DNA of 64,000 nt. Origin: Candidatus Omnitrophota bacterium. Its GTDB lineage: Bacteria; Omnitrophota; Gorgyraeia; Duberdicusellales; 4484-171. The notes below the pieces were generated by a model, which ran no database searches, had not been told where the DNA came from, and saw only the letters and a list, made by a program, of their open reading frames with translations. Shown piece after piece: positions 60,278 to 64,000 of the stretch (position 1 is the stretch's first letter; each line of letters opens with the position of its first letter). The position numbers and the translations under genes are program-made. The stretch is taken from positions 4,606 through 68,605 of the forward strand of contig WJJJ01000011.1 of the NCBI GenBank assembly GCA_014729775.1, given 5' to 3'.

Positions 60278-60876
60278 AATTCGCGGTTCTGGCTTCCGGA
60301 AACGGGAGCAATTTCGAAGTACTCGCGCGTTCCGTGCGATCCGGTAGTATCCCCGCCGAGCTGGCACTCCTGCTGTCAGACAAAAAAAACGCCTATGTCC
60401 GGCAACGGGCGCGTAACCTCCAGATCCCGGAACAGTGGCTGAATCCGCAGGACTTCCCCGACCGCCGCGCCTACGACCAAGCACTGAAGGAAATTCTCAC
60501 GCGGGAAGGCATAGATTTCGTGGCCCTGGCCGGCTACATGCGCATTCTTTCAGCCGAATTCGTGCGTTCCTATCCGAATAAAATTATGAATATCCATCCG
60601 GCTCTGCTGCCCTCGTTTCCAGGCACGGACTCCCTCTACCGGGCCTACCGCCACGGCTGTAAAGTCACCGGGGTAACTGTCCATTTCGTCGACGAGCAGG
60701 TCGATCACGGACCGATCATCCTTCAACAGCCGCTCTTGATCACCCCCGGCATGACCTATGAGGAGTTGGAAACGCGTGTACACGAGATCGAACATCAACT
60801 GTATCCTCACGCCGTCCGTCTTTACGCGGCGGGGAAACTTCTGGTGAAAAAGAATCATGTGGAAATCGCGGAATAA
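60274..60876 (+). CDS. purN: Phosphoribosylglycinamide formyltransferase
   Basis: A GTG start follows an AAGGAGGG RBS (VKFAVLASGNGSNFE), and the protein has MNIHPALLPSFPG and the Asp/His catalytic region VHFVDEQVDHGPII. The track start 59917 is an over-extension. Confidence 0.85.
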   Translation: MKFAVLASGNGSNFEVLARSVRSGSIPAELALLLSDKKNAYVRQRARNLQIPEQWLNPQDFPDRRAYDQALKEILTREGIDFVALAGYMRILSAEFVRSYPNKIMNIHPALLPSFPGTDSLYRAYRHGCKVTGVTVHFVDEQVDHGPIILQQPLLITPGMTYEELETRVHEIEHQLYPHAVRLYAAGKLLVKKNHVEIAE

Positions 60877-61297
60877 AATATTTCTGGTTTCGGCGTTCTG
60901 TCTGACCGCGTTCACGGGCGCGGCTCAGAACATCGAAGTCGACGCGCGCGTGGATTCGGCGCGCGTACGTACCGGCACGCCCTTCGCCTACCGGGTAACG
61001 GTGAAAGGTACGGTACGCAGTCCCCGCGTGCACCCGCCGGAATTCAGCTCATTCCGTGTCCTGGGAACGGCCCAAAACCAGAGCTACTCCCTGCGTCCCG
61101 GAGGGACCGCGCAACTGACCCTGCGCATCACCTACACGCTCCTCGCCCCGCAGCCGGGCTCCTACCGCATCGAACCGTTTGCGGTAGAGAACGGCGGCGG
61201 CACGGTAAAAAGCAACGCGGTGAACATACAGGTATACGGCGATCCGCTCAAGGAGAAGAAGCGGCCGCTGCCGCTCGGTTCCGGCACGGAGATCTGA
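60857..61297 (+). CDS. Small secreted protein with BatD-N-terminal-like beta domain
   Basis: 146 aa with a signal peptide followed by VDSARVRTGTPFAYRVTVKG...FSSFRVLG...YTLLAPQPGSYRIEPFAV...NAVNIQV, resembling the BatD N-domain. The rest of BatD is absent. Confidence 0.4.
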   Translation: MWKSRNKIFLVSAFCLTAFTGAAQNIEVDARVDSARVRTGTPFAYRVTVKGTVRSPRVHPPEFSSFRVLGTAQNQSYSLRPGGTAQLTLRITYTLLAPQPGSYRIEPFAVENGGGTVKSNAVNIQVYGDPLKEKKRPLPLGSGTEI

Positions 61298-61300
61298 CGG

Positions 61301-63418
61301 TTAATATGATCCGGAACCCGCTGAGGAAGAGGGTTGAGAAAGTTTCGACTTCAAAGATTCAAGGCCTTCATCAATGACTGCGATCATTTCGGTGTTTCCC
61401 TGACTGCGGAATGCGTCTTTTGCCCGAAGTAATTCTCGCCGGGCTTTTTCGTACTCATCTAACCGGGAATAGGTTAACCCCAAATTATACCGGGCGGAAG
61501 GATTATCCGGATTGACCTCCAGGACCCGCTCAAACGCGTTCTTTGCCTCGCGGAATTTTCCCGTGTCAAAATAAAGGCTGCCGTAGAGAAAATGGAGCAG
61601 GGGATTTTCTTCGGTGAGCCGGTCAGCTTTGCGCAAAAGCGACAACGCCCGCCCGTAGCGGCTGCCGTTGAGCGCGAATTCGGCCAGGCCGACATAGGCC
61701 CGAGTCACCGAATCGTGTTTGATCTCATCTTCAGCGTATTCCTCGATAATCCACTCGTAATGACGGCTAGCTTCCGGATAATTTTTCACCGCCGCATACA
61801 GATAGGCCAGAGGCAGATGCGCCGCTTCGCTCTCGAATTCCAGTGCCTGCTCGTAATTGGCAACCGATTCGCGCCAGTATTCTTTCGCCTGCACCGGATC
61901 AGCCGGCAGGGCATCGCTCCATCGATGATAGAACAACTCGCCGATATATTCATAGGCGGCCGGATCCTCGATATCCTTCCTCATTTGTTCCTCGTACTTT
62001 GTCAGGCCCTGTTCGTACTCTTTTAAAAACACATGGGCCCGGCCGGCCTGCAGTAACTGATCCGATTCATCGGCAACGAGGCGAAAATGCATTTTTGCTT
62101 TTCCCGGCTGGCCCAGGGACTGCAGGACCTGGCCCAGGCTTAAATGCGCGGTGTAGTTTTGCGGATTAAGCGCCACGGCCCGCTCAAGCAGCCCCCGTGC
62201 CGGCAGGTAATCTTTCTTCCTCGCTTTCCCGGACAAACGCAGGAAAGAGCGGAACGTGCCTGAACTGTAGTGGCATATCCCCATATTGGTCATCACATCG
62301 TCGTTGTCCGGTTTGTGGATAAAGGCGCGCCGGTACCATTCTATGGCCCGTGCGTATTCCTCCCGGTAGAGCAGCACGCTTCCCAGACCGAAATTCCCGT
62401 GGAACTCACCGTTGGGAATCTTCGAGGCCTTTTCATAAAACACAAACGCCCGGTCATATTCCCGCTCCTCCAGCGCGTGAGCGGCTCGGGTCAGATAAAA
62501 CTGCACCTGGTAACGCTCCAGCAGCCCAAAATCTTGTTCCCTCCGGATACGCGGGGAATTCGCCCCGGGCTGAGAGAAGCGGCGCTGTTGTTCGTGAAAG
62601 CGGTCGGCGACGATCACCTCGGTGGGGGAGAGAAACGATTCATACATGCTGAGCGTCTCTTTTACAAGCGTGACGGTATGTTCCAGGGGACGGGGGATAT
62701 CTGGTCCGAATTCCTCGAGCAGGATATCAAATTCTACCCGCAGGGTGCCGGAGTCATAGCGCACCGCGATATCGTTGACCCGGTAATTTTCCTCCGTATC
62801 TTCGCCGGCGAATTCGCGGAGCATCCTCTGGTAAATGCGCAGGGCGATGAATTCCTCCATGGACACGTCGTAGGGCCGGATATGCGCTCCGGCGTCATCA
62901 TTGAGCGCGTCCGGAGTCGGGAAGAAGAAGGAGATGACCTTCTCGAAGTACTGGCGGGATGTATCGATCGACAGGTAATAGCTCGACTGGATATGGCGCA
63001 TTTCATCCGGGAGAAAGACCAGCATGTACCAGTCTATGCCGATCCGCTTGGTATTGGACCTTACCACGCAGTAAAAGCGCGGCCGGCGGTCGGAGCTCAT
63101 GAATACCCGGGAGATCGCCGTGGAGACGTTGCGCATAGTCTCCTGGATTTCCTCCTCCCACCGGTTTTTCTCATCCAGCCGGAACTTGCCCTCTTCGGAC
63201 ACCATCTCCATCGGCGCGTGTATCCAAACGGTATCGCCCTCATCCCAGAGCCGCACTTCAATGCCGTACTCATCCCGGCAGATCCGCCGGATCTCCTCGG
63301 CGGCGCGTTCGCGGCGATAGGTCGGTTCGATCTCACAGGAAAAAAGGAAAGCACTGAACACAAGAAGGAGAAAAAGGAGCGGATTAAAACGATTCACGGA
63401 ACGTTTTAATTTTCCCAT
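61301..63418 (-). CDS. TPR-repeat lipoprotein-like protein with uncharacterised N-terminal domain
   Basis: The preferred start is MGKLKRSVNRFNPLLFLLLVFSAFLFSC (a lipobox-like LFSC), although the track start 63460 is also possible. An N-terminal domain of about 300 aa is unrecognised, and about 400 aa of TPRs follow. It converges on the preceding gene. Confidence 0.6.
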   Translation of the reverse strand: MGKLKRSVNRFNPLLFLLLVFSAFLFSCEIEPTYRRERAAEEIRRICRDEYGIEVRLWDEGDTVWIHAPMEMVSEEGKFRLDEKNRWEEEIQETMRNVSTAISRVFMSSDRRPRFYCVVRSNTKRIGIDWYMLVFLPDEMRHIQSSYYLSIDTSRQYFEKVISFFFPTPDALNDDAGAHIRPYDVSMEEFIALRIYQRMLREFAGEDTEENYRVNDIAVRYDSGTLRVEFDILLEEFGPDIPRPLEHTVTLVKETLSMYESFLSPTEVIVADRFHEQQRRFSQPGANSPRIRREQDFGLLERYQVQFYLTRAAHALEEREYDRAFVFYEKASKIPNGEFHGNFGLGSVLLYREEYARAIEWYRRAFIHKPDNDDVMTNMGICHYSSGTFRSFLRLSGKARKKDYLPARGLLERAVALNPQNYTAHLSLGQVLQSLGQPGKAKMHFRLVADESDQLLQAGRAHVFLKEYEQGLTKYEEQMRKDIEDPAAYEYIGELFYHRWSDALPADPVQAKEYWRESVANYEQALEFESEAAHLPLAYLYAAVKNYPEASRHYEWIIEEYAEDEIKHDSVTRAYVGLAEFALNGSRYGRALSLLRKADRLTEENPLLHFLYGSLYFDTGKFREAKNAFERVLEVNPDNPSARYNLGLTYSRLDEYEKARRELLRAKDAFRSQGNTEMIAVIDEGLESLKSKLSQPSSSAGSGSY

Positions 63419-64000
63419 GCGTTTTATGCAGTTCGATAATTTCGTCGTAGTTGAGCTCACCTTGATCGAACAGCTTTTTGGCCATGATATCCATGAGCTC
63501 CCGTTCGGTCACAAGGATCTCTTCGCATTTTGCCAGACATTCTTTCAAAATCTGCTGCACGTCCTTTTCAATCGTAGTTTTGATCTCCTGGCTTATATCC
63601 ATCACGTGTGCACTTTGAGGATTCCCGTCATCGTATCCCAACCGGAAATTTCCCAGCAGACCGCTGGGCCCCATGCCGTACATGGCTACCATCCGGTAGG
63701 CGGTGTTCAAGGCCATGCGCATATCCGCGCTCACCCCTGTAGCGGTAATTCCATATATTACTCTTTCCGCGGCATACCCTCCCAGGGTACAAATAATACG
63801 GGCTAAGAGATCTTCCTTATTCGGCGACCGGCCTTCCTTGATCAGCGGCATCATGTAGCCGTAAAACCCGCCCCGGGCGATAATCGTGGCCTTGACCACA
63901 TCATAGTGTTTGCCGACCAGTATCATGGGAATGGTGTGTCCGATCTCATGATAGGCGGTTTTCATTTTCTCTTCGTCATCACGGAAGACGTTGGTTTCCA
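63384..64000 (-). CDS. ftsH: ATP-dependent zinc metalloprotease FtsH, C-terminal (M41 peptidase) part, with the 5' end outside the window
   Basis: The frame stays open to the window edge (...ETNVFRDDEEKMKTAYHEIGHTI...), with a HEIGH zinc motif (HEAGH-like) and an FtsH C-terminal helical region. Confidence 0.8.
   Translation of the reverse strand, partial: ETNVFRDDEEKMKTAYHEIGHTIPMILVGKHYDVVKATIIARGGFYGYMMPLIKEGRSPNKEDLLARIICTLGGYAAERVIYGITATGVSADMRMALNTAYRMVAMYGMGPSGLLGNFRLGYDDGNPQSAHVMDISQEIKTTIEKDVQQILKECLAKCEEILVTERELMDIMAKKLFDQGELNYDEIIELHKTHGKIKTFRESF

Noticed and set aside
62270-63409. 379-aa + strand ORF antisense to the TPR lipoprotein gene
   Set aside because: The minus strand has clear TPR repeats and a signal peptide, and the plus-strand product has no recognisable domains.

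Overview
This is a compact, gene-dense bacterial chromosomal segment of roughly 55% GC. It carries about 70 CDSs, almost all on the + strand, and many adjacent genes overlap by 4 nt (ATGA), which suggests translational coupling. Almost everything is housekeeping metabolism and cell-envelope machinery, and I see no CRISPR array, integrase, transposase or recognisable defence island.

Gene content in order:
- accB (3' end) and accC, followed by an Asp23/AmaP-like membrane protein.
- One long co-directional biosynthetic run: argF, argG, argH, lysA, dapF, dapA, dapB, dapL (the LL-DAP aminotransferase route), folK, panC and nadX (aspartate dehydrogenase).
- uvrA, then a secreted 807-aa TPR protein, ExbB/TolQ, ExbD/TolR and a divergent TonB-like protein, followed by three tiny genes (a Zn-ribbon membrane protein, a DUF2582 wHTH protein and a PilX_N pseudopilin-like protein).
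- tRNA-Ala(CGC), rsmE, mtaB, a pseudouridine synthase, gmhB, a GT28 glycosyltransferase, a priA homolog whose Walker A motif is obliterated, fmt, acyP, a metallophosphoesterase and ligA.
- An orphan prepilin-like gene with a poly-Asp tail, then a CHASE2 / degenerate-GGDEF / HD-GYP signalling protein.
- tRNA-Met(CAT) and tRNA-Val(CAC) behind a textbook sigma70-type promoter.
- A COG1579 zinc-ribbon coiled-coil protein, rnhA, yebC, ruvC, ruvA (no ruvB follows), scpB, metK, ahcY, pfkA, a long class II aldolase and ilvD.
- mreB, mreC, mreD, mrdA and rodA, followed by a radical-SAM gene paired with a DUF2344 gene.
- On the - strand, speH, speE and a second divergent AdoMetDC-like paralog.
- tRNA-Thr(CGT), which has a 26-nt direct repeat of its 3' end 199 nt downstream, flanking a highly structured non-coding stretch.
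- An MFS transporter, rnfCDGEAB with an RseC-like gene, purN, a small secreted BatD-N-like protein, a convergent TPR lipoprotein and the 3' part of ftsH on the - strand.

I cannot assign the lineage from sequence alone. The most unusual local signals are the tRNA-Thr 3'-end duplication with its structured insert, the Walker-A-dead PriA, the speH-speE-speH' triad and the TPR-ExbBD-TonB-like module with the small-gene trio behind it. All are modest rather than system-level novelties.
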